From positions 94,490-158,489 of the forward strand of contig JASFQK010000011.1 in assembly GCA_050115495.1 (NCBI GenBank): a stretch of 64,000 nucleotides of DNA, read 5' to 3'. The notes under the pieces are model-generated. The model worked only from the letters and a program-made list of their open reading frames with translations. It was not told where the DNA came from and ran no database searches. This DNA is from Phycisphaerae bacterium (GTDB lineage Bacteria; Planctomycetota; Phycisphaerae; UBA1845; Fen-1342). Positions within the stretch are counted from its first letter, which is position 1. Every line of letters begins with the position of its first letter. Made by a program: the position numbers and the translations under genes. Shown here piece by piece: positions 1 through 9,259 of this stretch.

Positions 1-2
1 AC

Positions 3-422
3 CTCACGGTCCAGCCGCTGCCTGCTTCGCGCGACGCATTCCCCCGTGCCATCGACGAACTGCATGAGAGCGGTTGCGATGGCGTGCTCATGATCCCCGA
101 TGCCGACGTCTACGACTCGCCCAGTGTGCAGCGGCTCCTGTTGTGGGGTGCCCGGCAGCGGAAGCCGGTCTGGACCTTCTCGGAAAACGTCGTCAAAGCT
201 GGGGCATTCGCCGGCCTGGCGGCCCGCAGTGACGCCGTCGGCCGCGAGGCCGCGCAACTCGTTCGCGACGTGCTGTCCGGCAAGACGCCGGTCAGCCTCG
301 GCCTGCGCTATCCGCAGAGTGTCGACAAGGTCGTCAACGTGCATACGGCGGAGATGATCGGCGTGCGGTTGAGCGACCGCTTGCTCCGCAGCGGTGTCAG
401 GAAAGTGGGAGGACGGCCATGA
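3..422 (+). CDS. ABC-type substrate-binding/sensor-associated periplasmic protein, 5' partial
   Basis: Frame is open from the window edge. C-terminus (VWTFSENVVKAGAFAG...VGREAAQLVRDVLSG...VNVHTAEMIG) resembles the ABC_sub_bind family; lies directly upstream of a TonB-dependent receptor. Confidence 0.65.
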   Translation, partial: LTVQPLPASRDAFPRAIDELHESGCDGVLMIPDADVYDSPSVQRLLLWGARQRKPVWTFSENVVKAGAFAGLAARSDAVGREAAQLVRDVLSGKTPVSLGLRYPQSVDKVVNVHTAEMIGVRLSDRLLRSGVRKVGGRP

Positions 423-549
423 TGCCGCCAGCCGCCGGACGGCAGACGTTTGTCGCCGGCCGTGTGCCGAACCTTCGGGCCACGGGCGCGTCTTGTTCCC
501 CGGTCAGGCGGAGGTCTCTTACGAGTTCTGCCAGTCGAATTGGTGACGC

Positions 550-2574
550 ATGATCCGCTTACCCATGACAATCCGTCTGGGAGGGGTCTTGCTGGTCGGC
601 ACGCTGGTGTTCGCCGAGGCGCAGACCCTGGCCCAATCGCCACCGGCCACGCAGCCGGTTCCCGCCCGCCAGCCGGCGTCCGCTGATCTGTCCGGCCTCG
701 AGGACATCGACCTGCTGGACCTGGAGGTTCCGGTCGTGGTTACGGCCGGCCGCCGACGGCAGGAGATTCACACGGTGACCTACGCGGCGAGCGTGATTAC
801 CGCCGAGGACATTCGTCGCGCCGGCGCCCACACCGTCGCGGACGCGCTGCGCCTGGTGCCGGGGGTTGACGTAGCGGCACTTTCGGCCACGGTGCCCGCC
901 GTATCGGCCCGCGGCTTCCACGGGTTCTACAACAGTCGCACACTCGTGCTGGTCGACGGCCGGCAGCTCTACGACTCGCTGTTTGGCGGCACGTCCTGGC
1001 ACGCCTGGCCGTTTCAGATCGCCGACATCGCCCGCATCGAGGTTATTCGCGGGCCGGGCGGCGTAGGCTGGGGAGGCAACACGCTCAACGGCGTGATCAA
1101 CATCGTCACGAAGGACCCCGCCGAACAGACGGGACTGACCTTCGAGGCCCTCGGCGGTTCACGCGGCACGCACAAGACGCACCTCGGCTACGGCATCCAG
1201 GAGGGCAAGCTCCGCCTTCGCGTCTCGGGGGAGTACGCCGCCAACGACGGCTTTGTCGACGGCGGTTCGCCGCTGTACCCGCTGAAAGACAGCTATCGCG
1301 TCGGCAACGTCGGCGTCCACGGCGTGTACGCGGCCAGTGCCGACGATACGTTCACGTTCTCCGGCGGCAGCGGTCTGGTCGGCGAGTGGGCGCCGCCCGG
1401 GGTGGTCAACTACGTTGGCGTGCAACGTTCGGACGCCCAGGCCAACTACCTCATGGGCAAGTGGGAGCACCGGCGAGGGGCGGGCGACTACGTCGAGCTC
1501 ATCGGCTTTGTCAACGACTACCACGGTCACGGCGCGTCGCCCTGGCTCGACTTCCGCTTCCAGCAACTGGCCCTGCAACTCAGCCACACGCTCGAGCCGG
1601 CGAAAAACCACACGCTGACCTGGGGCGTGGACACGCGGGCCGACCTGCTGGACGCTGGCGGAGCTGATCCCTACCTCATGTCCAAGAGCTTCGTGGGCAC
1701 AGGCCTGATCGGGCTGTACGTGCAGGACACGTGGCGCTTCGCGCCGAAATGGGCGCTCGACCTGGGCGCCCGGCTCGATTACGAGTTCTACAGCGGTTTC
1801 CAGCCGAGTGGCCGGGCGGCCTTGTCCTACGAACTGAGTAAGAACTCGCTCGTCTGGATCGCCGCCTCGCGTGCCTTCCAGATGCCTCCGGCCGCCGCCC
1901 GTTTCCTGAGTGTGCCGGCGGTCACGCCGCTCGTTCGGCTCAAGGCCAACCAGGACATGGCCAGCACGAACATGCTCGCCTACGAATTGGGGTATCGCGG
2001 CCGCTTCTTCGACCGGCTCGAAACCAACGTCAACCTCTACTGGCACCAGTATGGCAATCTCGGCCAGTTCAGCCCCGGGCTCGGCCCGCCCGGGTTGATC
2101 TGCGTGGTGAGCGACAACGATGTGCCGGCGACCACGTACGGGCTCGAGTTTGACGCCCGTTATCGCGCCACCGACCGGCTGACGCTCCTGGGCCACTACA
2201 CGCTCGAATTGCTCGACTGGCGCTCGTCGTGGGACTACACGATGGGCTCCGACCTGATCTGGCCGCCCAAGCACAAGTTCATGTTGGGCAGCAACTACGC
2301 GCTGACCGACGACCTCTCGCTCTCCGCGTATCTCCACTACGTGGACGCGGTCACTGCGGCGAACTCGACTTTTCCCCTGGCGGCCCGCCACCTCAGCCCG
2401 TATTTCCGCCTCGACCTGCGCGGCGAGTACGAGTTCTGGGACGACCGCGCCGCGATCGCCGTCGGCGTGCACAACCTGCTGGACAACGGACACGCCGAGG
2501 CTGGCAGTATGTTCCTGAACAGCGCCGAGGTCCCCCGCATCATCTACGCCGAATTCCGCCTGCGCGTGAAGTGA
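550..2574 (+). CDS. TonB-dependent receptor
   Basis: Signal peptide; plug motifs VITAEDI, ALRLVPGV, LVLVDGR, IARIEVIRGPG, GVINIVTK; beta-barrel-like C-terminal region. Confidence 0.9.
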   Translation: MIRLPMTIRLGGVLLVGTLVFAEAQTLAQSPPATQPVPARQPASADLSGLEDIDLLDLEVPVVVTAGRRRQEIHTVTYAASVITAEDIRRAGAHTVADALRLVPGVDVAALSATVPAVSARGFHGFYNSRTLVLVDGRQLYDSLFGGTSWHAWPFQIADIARIEVIRGPGGVGWGGNTLNGVINIVTKDPAEQTGLTFEALGGSRGTHKTHLGYGIQEGKLRLRVSGEYAANDGFVDGGSPLYPLKDSYRVGNVGVHGVYAASADDTFTFSGGSGLVGEWAPPGVVNYVGVQRSDAQANYLMGKWEHRRGAGDYVELIGFVNDYHGHGASPWLDFRFQQLALQLSHTLEPAKNHTLTWGVDTRADLLDAGGADPYLMSKSFVGTGLIGLYVQDTWRFAPKWALDLGARLDYEFYSGFQPSGRAALSYELSKNSLVWIAASRAFQMPPAAARFLSVPAVTPLVRLKANQDMASTNMLAYELGYRGRFFDRLETNVNLYWHQYGNLGQFSPGLGPPGLICVVSDNDVPATTYGLEFDARYRATDRLTLLGHYTLELLDWRSSWDYTMGSDLIWPPKHKFMLGSNYALTDDLSLSAYLHYVDAVTAANSTFPLAARHLSPYFRLDLRGEYEFWDDRAAIAVGVHNLLDNGHAEAGSMFLNSAEVPRIIYAEFRLRVK

Positions 2575-2582
2575 CGTTCTGG

Positions 2583-2631
2583 GTGAGCCGTCAGCCGTCA
2601 GCAACGAGCCTTGAGCCGTGAGCCCTGAGCC
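2583..2631. repeat. 7 x degenerate heptamer tandem repeat (gtgagcc-like)
   Basis: gtgagcc gtcagcc gtcagca acgagcc ttgagcc gtgagcc ctgagcc read directly. Confidence 0.85.
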
Positions 2632-2636
2632 GGAGT

Positions 2637-2719
2637 GCGGCATGCTGAAGCCTTAGGCGCCGGCATGTCTTTTCCACGTGCCAGGGTTCACATGCCGGCG
2701 CTGCGCTTCGGCATGCCAC
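2637..2719. repeat. Imperfect inverted repeat (REP-doublet-like) between convergent genes
   Basis: gcggcatgctgaagccttaggcgccggcatgt ... acatgccggcgctgcgcttcggcatgccac. Confidence 0.6.
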
Positions 2720-2780
2720 ACACCGTAGCGTCAGCCCCCCGTGGCCGACGTCGATTGCCGACAGATGCCCGACCTCGCGC

Positions 2781-2808
2781 CTTCTGACTCCTGACTTCTG
2801 GCTTCTGT
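2781..2808. repeat. 4 x heptamer repeat (cttctga-like)
   Basis: cttctga ctcctga cttctgg cttctgt. Confidence 0.75.
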
Positions 2809-2885
2809 CTCCCCCTTTTCCGAAACGCACTGCTCAAGAGCAGTGGCACACCGGCAGCGTCTTCGACGAACCTCGCTTCAGACCG

Positions 2886-3302
2886 TTATGACGCGGCGTC
2901 TGCTTTGCCCAGCAGCTCGGCCACCTTCGCCACCAGGGCTTTCGGCGGAATCGGCTTGTCGAAATACGCATCCACGCCCATCGCCTTCAGGTCTTCCGGC
3001 CGGCGAGGGTGGAAATCGAGCCCGCACTGGCTCGAGACGGCGGTGACGATGATGATCGGCAGGCTGGCCAGGGCCGGTTCCTCGCGAACTCGCCGCGATA
3101 GCGAGAACCCCGAATCGAGATTGCTCATCATCAGGTCGGTGATCAGCAGGGCAGGGGGCTGGCGGTGGATGCGCTCCCAGGCTTCCTCCGGATCGGTGCA
3201 GCATTCCACGCGATAGCCCTGCGGCTCGAGGATGTGCCGGTTGATCTCGAGGAAGTCGATGTCGTCGTCGACGAGCAGGATCAGAGGGGCTTCTGCGGAC
3301 AT
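2886..3302 (-). CDS. Single-domain response regulator (receiver)
   Basis: LLVDDD, ITDLMM (phospho-Asp), IIVTAV, FDKP; start trimmed to the ATG of MSAEAP. Confidence 0.9.
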   Translation of the reverse strand: MSAEAPLILLVDDDIDFLEINRHILEPQGYRVECCTDPEEAWERIHRQPPALLITDLMMSNLDSGFSLSRRVREEPALASLPIIIVTAVSSQCGLDFHPRRPEDLKAMGVDAYFDKPIPPKALVAKVAELLGKADAAS

Positions 3303-3399
3303 CCCTGGAGTCTCCTTCCGCCGGCGGCCGCAGCCGACGGGGCGCCGCCGCATGAGGGCGACGGCGACCCGCGGCCGGCCGGCCAACTCCTGACCGAGG

Positions 3400-5172
3400 T
3401 TAGACCCGATTGCGGGCCGAGTACTTCGTGTGCAGGAGGTGATGCGACCGCTCGCCGAGCGGCTTGCCGAGATACTTCTCGTAGATCTCCTTGATCGCCG
3501 GGTTATCGTGCGACTTGCGCAGCTCCTTACCCTCATCCTCGCGGTAGATGGCGTCGATGCGCGCCTGGCGCACGCTGTTGTCGGTCATGCGCGGCTGTCC
3601 GCCGCCACCGATGCAGCCGCCCGGGCAGGTCATGATCTCGACGAAGTGATACTCCGCCTCGCCCTTGCGGATGCGCTCGATGACCTTGCGGGCGTTGCCC
3701 AGCCCGTGGGCCACCGCGACCTTCAGCGTCACACCTTCGAGGAACTTCCACTCCGGCAGAGCACCGGTGATCTTGGCCGAAGCCTCCTTCACGCCTTCGA
3801 GGCTCTCGATCGGCGCGACGTGCAGGTTCTCAAACGGCAGCGGCTTGCCAGTGACGATTTCCCAGGCCGTACGCAGGGCCGCTTCCATCACGCCGCCGGT
3901 GTTGGCGAAGATGTCCGCCGCACCGGAGGACAAGCCGAGCGGGGCGTCCATCTCTTCGTCCGGCAGCGCCGGGAAATTGATCCCGGCCTGCTTGATCATG
4001 CGGCCGAGCTCCCGCGTGGTCAGCACGGCGTCGACGTCGCGCACGCCGCTGTCGTTCATCTCCGGCCGCTCGCACTCGTACTTCTTCGCCGTGCACGGCA
4101 TCACCGACACGACGAAGATGTCCTCGGGCTTCTTGCCGATCTGCTCGGCGTAGTACGTCTTGGCCACCGCTCCGAACATCTGCTGCGGCGACTTGCACGT
4201 CGACACGTTGTCCAGCATGTCCGGGTAGAAGTGCTCGATGTACTTGATCCAGCCCGGCGAGCAGCTCGTGAACTGCGGCAGGGCGACCGGCTTCTTGTCG
4301 ACCAGGGCCTGCTTGAGCCGCATGAGCAGCTCCGTGCCCTCTTCCATGATGGTCAGGTCGGCGGTGAAGTTCGTGTCGAACACGCCGTCGAACCCGAGCC
4401 GCCGCAGCGCGGCCGTCATCTTCCCGGTCACCAGCGTGCCCGGCGGATAGGCGAAGCACTCGCCCAGCGCCGCCCGGATGGCCGGCGCCGTCTGCACGAC
4501 CACGTGCTTGTTCGGGTCGTCCAGCGCGTCCCAGACGGTGCGGATATCGTCCTTCTCGCTGATGGCTCCGACGGGGCACACCGCGGCGCACTGCCCGCAC
4601 TGCACGCAGACGACGTCGCTCAGGTCCTGGCAGAACGCCGGTCCGATGACCGTGTCAAAGCCGCGGTTCTGCGCGAAGATCGCGCCGACGCCCTGCACCT
4701 CGCCGCAGACGGTCACGCACCGCCGGCAGAAGATGCACTTGCCGGCGTCGCGCGTCAGCCCGGCGGTGCTGAAGTCCAGCATCCGCTTGTTGCGCTCACC
4801 TTCATACGGGATGTCCTGGATGCCCAGTTCCCGAGCTACCGCCTGCAACTCGCAGTCTTCGCTGCGGGCGCAGGTCTGGCAGTCGCCGTTGTGCTCGGAC
4901 AGCAGCAGCTCGACGACCGTCCGCCGGGCTTCGCGCACGCGGCGGCTGTTCGTCTTGACTTTCATGCCCTCAGTCGCCGGCGCGGTGCACGAGGCCACGA
5001 GCGAGCGGGCCCCTTCGACCTCCACCGTGCACACGCGGCAGGCACCGATGGCCTGCACGTCTTTCAGGTAGCACAGCGTGGGAATGTGCACCCCGGCCTG
5101 CTGGGCGGCCTGGAGGACCGTCGCCCCTTGGGGCACCTCCACGGGTACGTTGTCAATCGTCAGTTTCGGCAT
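3400..5172 (-). CDS. hydA: [FeFe]-hydrogenase catalytic subunit, group A multimeric type (HydA/HndD-like), copy 1
   Basis: N-terminal 2Fe-2S, His-ligated and 2x4Fe-4S motifs; H-cluster motifs FTSCSPGW, MPCTAKKYE, EIMTCPGGCIGGGGQP; C-terminal SHHLLHT. Confidence 0.95.
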   Translation of the reverse strand: MPKLTIDNVPVEVPQGATVLQAAQQAGVHIPTLCYLKDVQAIGACRVCTVEVEGARSLVASCTAPATEGMKVKTNSRRVREARRTVVELLLSEHNGDCQTCARSEDCELQAVARELGIQDIPYEGERNKRMLDFSTAGLTRDAGKCIFCRRCVTVCGEVQGVGAIFAQNRGFDTVIGPAFCQDLSDVVCVQCGQCAAVCPVGAISEKDDIRTVWDALDDPNKHVVVQTAPAIRAALGECFAYPPGTLVTGKMTAALRRLGFDGVFDTNFTADLTIMEEGTELLMRLKQALVDKKPVALPQFTSCSPGWIKYIEHFYPDMLDNVSTCKSPQQMFGAVAKTYYAEQIGKKPEDIFVVSVMPCTAKKYECERPEMNDSGVRDVDAVLTTRELGRMIKQAGINFPALPDEEMDAPLGLSSGAADIFANTGGVMEAALRTAWEIVTGKPLPFENLHVAPIESLEGVKEASAKITGALPEWKFLEGVTLKVAVAHGLGNARKVIERIRKGEAEYHFVEIMTCPGGCIGGGGQPRMTDNSVRQARIDAIYREDEGKELRKSHDNPAIKEIYEKYLGKPLGERSHHLLHTKYSARNRV

Positions 5173-5194
5173 GGATTACGCTCTCCTTTCCAGG

Positions 5195-8100
5195 TTAGTC
5201 CTGGTGGCAGTCGTGGCCGAAGTCGCAGCGCAGACAGCGATGCGCCTCGCGCACCGCCACCGTCTCCGCCCACGGCAGCTCGACTTCCTGGAAGTTGTTC
5301 TTTCGCTTATTCACGGGGATCGTCCGCATCTTCGCCCGGGCGTACTCGACCGGCTCGGCGTCCGGATCGAAGGTCGTGTCCGCGGGCTTCGTTTCACGCC
5401 AGAAGGCGTGCTCGGCACCGGTCAGGGTCTTGTCGATCGACACCGCCGCCTTCTCGCCGGCACCGATCGCCGCCACCACCGACCACGGTCCCATGACCGC
5501 GTCGCCGCCGGCGTAGATCCAGTCCACGGACGTCTTGCAGGTAACCGGGTCGGCCTGGATGAAGCCGCCCGCGTTCATCGCCAGCTTCGTGCCGTCCAGC
5601 ATCTCGCCCGTGTCGAGCTTCTGCCCGATCGCCGCGATGACCTGGTCGGCCTCGACGACGAAGTCCTCTTCGCTGCTGCCCACCGGACGCCGGCGGCCGC
5701 TGCGGTCGAACTCGCCCAGGACCATGTGCCGGCACTTCACGCCCGTCACGCGGCCCTTCTTGCCGACCAGCTCCAGCGGAGCCACCAGCACGGCGATGCG
5801 CACGCCCTCGTGCTCGGCCTCGTCCACCTCTTCGGCGTAGGCGGGCATTTCCGCACGCGTCCGCCGGTACAGGATCGTGACCGATTCGGCGCCGAGCCGC
5901 TGGGCGGTGCGGGCGGCGTCGATGGCCGCGTTGCCGCCGCCGATCACCACCACGTTCTTGCCGACGGGGACGCTACCGCGGATGTTGTATTGCCGCAGGA
6001 AGGCCAGGGCGTCGACGACGCCTTCCTGGTCTTCACCGGTAATGCCCAACTGCGTGCCGCGCGGGGCGCCGACGGCGACGTATACCGCCTCGTAGCCCTC
6101 ATCGCGCAGACTCTGGAGCGTGAAGTCGCGGCCGAGCCGCATGTTCGTCTCGATATCGACGCCCAGCCGCTCGATCATACGAATCTCGCGGGCGAGCTCT
6201 TCACGCGGCAGCCGGTACGCCGGAATGGCCTGCACCAGCATGCCACCCGGTCGCGGTTCGGCTTCGAGCACCTTCGGCCGATAGCCGAGTCGCGCCAGGA
6301 AGTACGCACAGGACAGGCCGGCCGGACCGGCTCCGATCACCGCAATCTTGCGGCCGGCGTTCTTCTCGCTCTCGCGCACCTCGGGCAACTGCACCGTGAC
6401 TTCCTGCTCGGCCATGAAGCGCTTCAGGGCGCGGATGGCCACCGCCTCGTCCAGCGAGCCGCGGCGGCACTTGTCCTCGCACGTGTGGAAGCACACGCGG
6501 GCACAGACCGACGCGAACGGGTTGCGGTTGCGGTGCAGGGACAGGGCCTCGGCGTAGCGCTTCTCGCCGATGAGCGAGACGAACCCGGGCACATCCACAC
6601 TGGCCGGGCAGGCGCTCTGGCAGGGGGCCCGCGTCAGGGCCGCGCAGACGCCGGCAGGGCAGTGCTTGTCGCGGATGTGCGCTTCGTACTCGTCGCGGAA
6701 GTAGCGGATCGTCGAGAGCACCGGGTTGGGGGCCGTCTGGCCCAGACCGCAGAGCGAGGCGTCCTTGATGACGTTGCCCAGCTCGATCAGCCTCTCGATG
6801 TCGCCTTCCTCGCCGTGCCCCTCGCAGATGCGGGTCACGATCTCCAGCATGCGCTTGGTGCCGACGCGGCACGGCGGGCACTTGCCGCACGATTCGTCCT
6901 GGACGAAATCCAGGAAGAAGCGGGCCACGTCCACCATGCACGTGTCCTCGTCCATCACGATCAGGCCGCCCGAGCCCATGATCGCGCCGAGCTCGTTCAG
7001 CGACTCGTAATCGACCGGGACGTTCAGATGCTCTTTCGGGATGCAGCCGCCCGAAGGACCGCCCATCTGGGCCGCCTTGAAGCGCTTGCCGCCCGGGATG
7101 CCGCCGCCGATATCGTAGATGATCTCGCCCAGCGGCATGCCGATGGGCACCTCGACTAGGCCCGTGTTGTTCACGGCGCCGGCGAGGGCGAAGACCTTCG
7201 TGCCGCGGCTCTTCTCGGTGCCGTACGAGGCGAACCAGTCGGCGCCCTTCTGAATGATCGGGGCGACGTTGGCGAACGTCTCGACGTTGTTCAGGCAGCT
7301 CGGCTTGCCCCACAGACCCTGCTGGGCCGGGAAGGGCGGTCGCGGACGCGGTTCGCCGCGGTTGCCCTCGATCGACGTCATCAGCGCGGTTTCTTCGCCG
7401 CAGACGAACGCCCCGGAGCCCATGCGGACCTCGATGTCGAAGTCGAAGCCGCGGCTCATGATGTTCTTGCCCAGCAGCCCGTACTCGCGGGCCTGCTCGA
7501 GTGCTTTCTTGAAGCGCTCCACGGCCAGCGGGTACTCGGCCCGGATGTACGCGTAACCCTGGCTCGCGCCGATGGCGTAGCCGGCGATGGCCATGCCCTC
7601 GATCACGCTGTGCGGGTCGCCTTCGAGGACGCTGCGGTCCATGAAGGCCCCGGGGTCACCTTCGTCACCGTTGCACAGGATGTACTTCACGTCACCCGGC
7701 GACTTCCGCGTAAACTCCCACTTCAGGCCCGTCAGGAAGCCGGCCCCGCCGCGGCCGCGCAGACCGGACTTCTTCATCTCGGCGATGACCTGCTCCGGCG
7801 TCATGTCCGCCAGCGCCTTGCCCAGCGCCTGGTAGCCGTCGCGGGCGATGTATTCTTCGATCTTCAGCGGGTCGATCACGCCGCAGTTACGCAGTACGAT
7901 CTTCACCTGCTTCTGGAAGAAGCCGATCTCGTGCAGCCCGGGCACCGTCTGGCCGGCGATCGTCTTGTGCACCAGCCGCTCGACCACGCGGCCCTTCAGC
8001 AGGTGTTCTTCGACGATCTCCGCCGCGTCGTCCGGACGCAGCCCCTGGTAGAACACGCCGTCGGGATAGACGACGGCCACCGGCCCCGCGGCACATGGCC

Positions 8101-8248
8101 CCAGGCAGCCGGATTCGATGATCATGATTTCTTCGTCGAGCCCCTGGCGTTTGATCGCCGTCCGCAGGGCCTCGCCGACCTCCAGGGCCCCGGAGGCGAT
8201 GCAGCCGCCGCCCGTGCAGAGGAGGATGTGCGTTCTGATATTACTCAT
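5195..8248 (-). CDS. HydB/NuoF-like FMN-NADH subunit fused to a GltD/NfnB-like FAD/NADP(H) oxidoreductase module
   Basis: GLRGRGGAGF, NGDEGDPGAFMDR, GGPSGGC, ESCGKCPPCR, CPAGVC; then APCQSACP, CARVCFHTCEDKC, IGAGPAGL, IGGGNAAID, YRRT, IYAGGD, RCLRCD. Confidence 0.9.
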   Translation of the reverse strand: MSNIRTHILLCTGGGCIASGALEVGEALRTAIKRQGLDEEIMIIESGCLGPCAAGPVAVVYPDGVFYQGLRPDDAAEIVEEHLLKGRVVERLVHKTIAGQTVPGLHEIGFFQKQVKIVLRNCGVIDPLKIEEYIARDGYQALGKALADMTPEQVIAEMKKSGLRGRGGAGFLTGLKWEFTRKSPGDVKYILCNGDEGDPGAFMDRSVLEGDPHSVIEGMAIAGYAIGASQGYAYIRAEYPLAVERFKKALEQAREYGLLGKNIMSRGFDFDIEVRMGSGAFVCGEETALMTSIEGNRGEPRPRPPFPAQQGLWGKPSCLNNVETFANVAPIIQKGADWFASYGTEKSRGTKVFALAGAVNNTGLVEVPIGMPLGEIIYDIGGGIPGGKRFKAAQMGGPSGGCIPKEHLNVPVDYESLNELGAIMGSGGLIVMDEDTCMVDVARFFLDFVQDESCGKCPPCRVGTKRMLEIVTRICEGHGEEGDIERLIELGNVIKDASLCGLGQTAPNPVLSTIRYFRDEYEAHIRDKHCPAGVCAALTRAPCQSACPASVDVPGFVSLIGEKRYAEALSLHRNRNPFASVCARVCFHTCEDKCRRGSLDEAVAIRALKRFMAEQEVTVQLPEVRESEKNAGRKIAVIGAGPAGLSCAYFLARLGYRPKVLEAEPRPGGMLVQAIPAYRLPREELAREIRMIERLGVDIETNMRLGRDFTLQSLRDEGYEAVYVAVGAPRGTQLGITGEDQEGVVDALAFLRQYNIRGSVPVGKNVVVIGGGNAAIDAARTAQRLGAESVTILYRRTRAEMPAYAEEVDEAEHEGVRIAVLVAPLELVGKKGRVTGVKCRHMVLGEFDRSGRRRPVGSSEEDFVVEADQVIAAIGQKLDTGEMLDGTKLAMNAGGFIQADPVTCKTSVDWIYAGGDAVMGPWSVVAAIGAGEKAAVSIDKTLTGAEHAFWRETKPADTTFDPDAEPVEYARAKMRTIPVNKRKNNFQEVELPWAETVAVREAHRCLRCDFGHDCHQD

Positions 8249-8273
8249 GGACGGGTATTCTCCCTGTTGTCGC

Positions 8274-8645
8274 TCAGCTCTTGATCAGGTATTCCACGAC
8301 CGGCCGGCCGCGCACCACGTGCTCCCGCACGATCTCACCGATCTTGTTCTTGTCCAGCTTGCCGTAACGGAAGCTGCCGCCGGCGTTGTCCGTCAGCGTC
8401 AGCATCGGCTCCTGGTCGCACAGCCCCGCACAGCCGCTTTGCTGCACTTGCACGTTGTTCGCCTGCACCGCGGTCAGGGCGTTCATCAGCGACGTCATGA
8501 TGTCACGCGCGCCGGCGGCGATGCCGCAGGTGCCCATGTGCACCGTGACCCGCATGTCCTTCTGTCCCGTCCGCAGATCCAGTTGTCCCTGGACCTCCTG
8601 CTGCATGGCCTTCAGGTCCGCCGGGCTGTTGATGCGCTTCGCCAT
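8274..8645 (-). CDS. Thioredoxin-like [2Fe-2S] ferredoxin subunit (HndB/HydD-like)
   Basis: HMGTCGIAAGA and SGCAGLCDQEP motifs; start trimmed to MAKRINS. Confidence 0.85.
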   Translation of the reverse strand: MAKRINSPADLKAMQQEVQGQLDLRTGQKDMRVTVHMGTCGIAAGARDIMTSLMNALTAVQANNVQVQQSGCAGLCDQEPMLTLTDNAGGSFRYGKLDKNKIGEIVREHVVRGRPVVEYLIKS

Positions 8646-8647
8646 GG

Positions 8648-9187
8648 CTACGCACTCCTCTTCTGTTCGGCCGCGTCGCCGGTGCGGTAGGGATCGAGCA
8701 CGGCGTCGAGACGGTTGGGCTTCACGCGGTGATGCACGTCGTCGTCGATCATGATGGCCGGGGCCAGGCCGCACGCCCCGAAGCAGCGCGCCACTTCGAG
8801 CGTGAACAGCCGGTCGGCGGTCGTCTCACCGACGTCGATGTTCAGCTTCTGCTTGAGCGTGTCCAGCACGCGCTTCCCGCCGCGCACGTAGCAGGCCGTT
8901 CCCAGGCACACCCGCACCAGGTGCTTGCCCCGCGGCTTCGTCGAGAAGAACGAGTAGAAGCTCACCACGCCCGCGACCTCGCTGTAGGACTTGCCCAGTC
9001 CCAGCGCGATCCGCTTCAGAGCCACCTCGGGCAGGTACCCGAAGATGCTCTGGGCGATCTGTAGCACGGGGATGAGCGCTCCCGGCTTGTCGCGATACTC
9101 CTCCAGAACCGTGTCCAGCCGGCTGAGCAGCTCCTCCTCGGAGACCTCCTCGCCACACTGGCACTGCACTTTCTCGTCTTGCGCCAT
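8648..9187 (-). CDS. hydC: NuoE-like [2Fe-2S] subunit (HydC/HndA), copy 1
   Basis: LIPVLQIAQ..GYL, VVSFYSFF, VCLGTACYVRG, RCFGACGLAP. Confidence 0.9.
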   Translation of the reverse strand: MAQDEKVQCQCGEEVSEEELLSRLDTVLEEYRDKPGALIPVLQIAQSIFGYLPEVALKRIALGLGKSYSEVAGVVSFYSFFSTKPRGKHLVRVCLGTACYVRGGKRVLDTLKQKLNIDVGETTADRLFTLEVARCFGACGLAPAIMIDDDVHHRVKPNRLDAVLDPYRTGDAAEQKRSA

Positions 9188-9259
9188 ACTCAACTCCAGA
9201 TTGCTCTGCCGCGGAAACCTCGATTACGAAGATCGCCGCTGGCGACCCGGGCGACGCCC

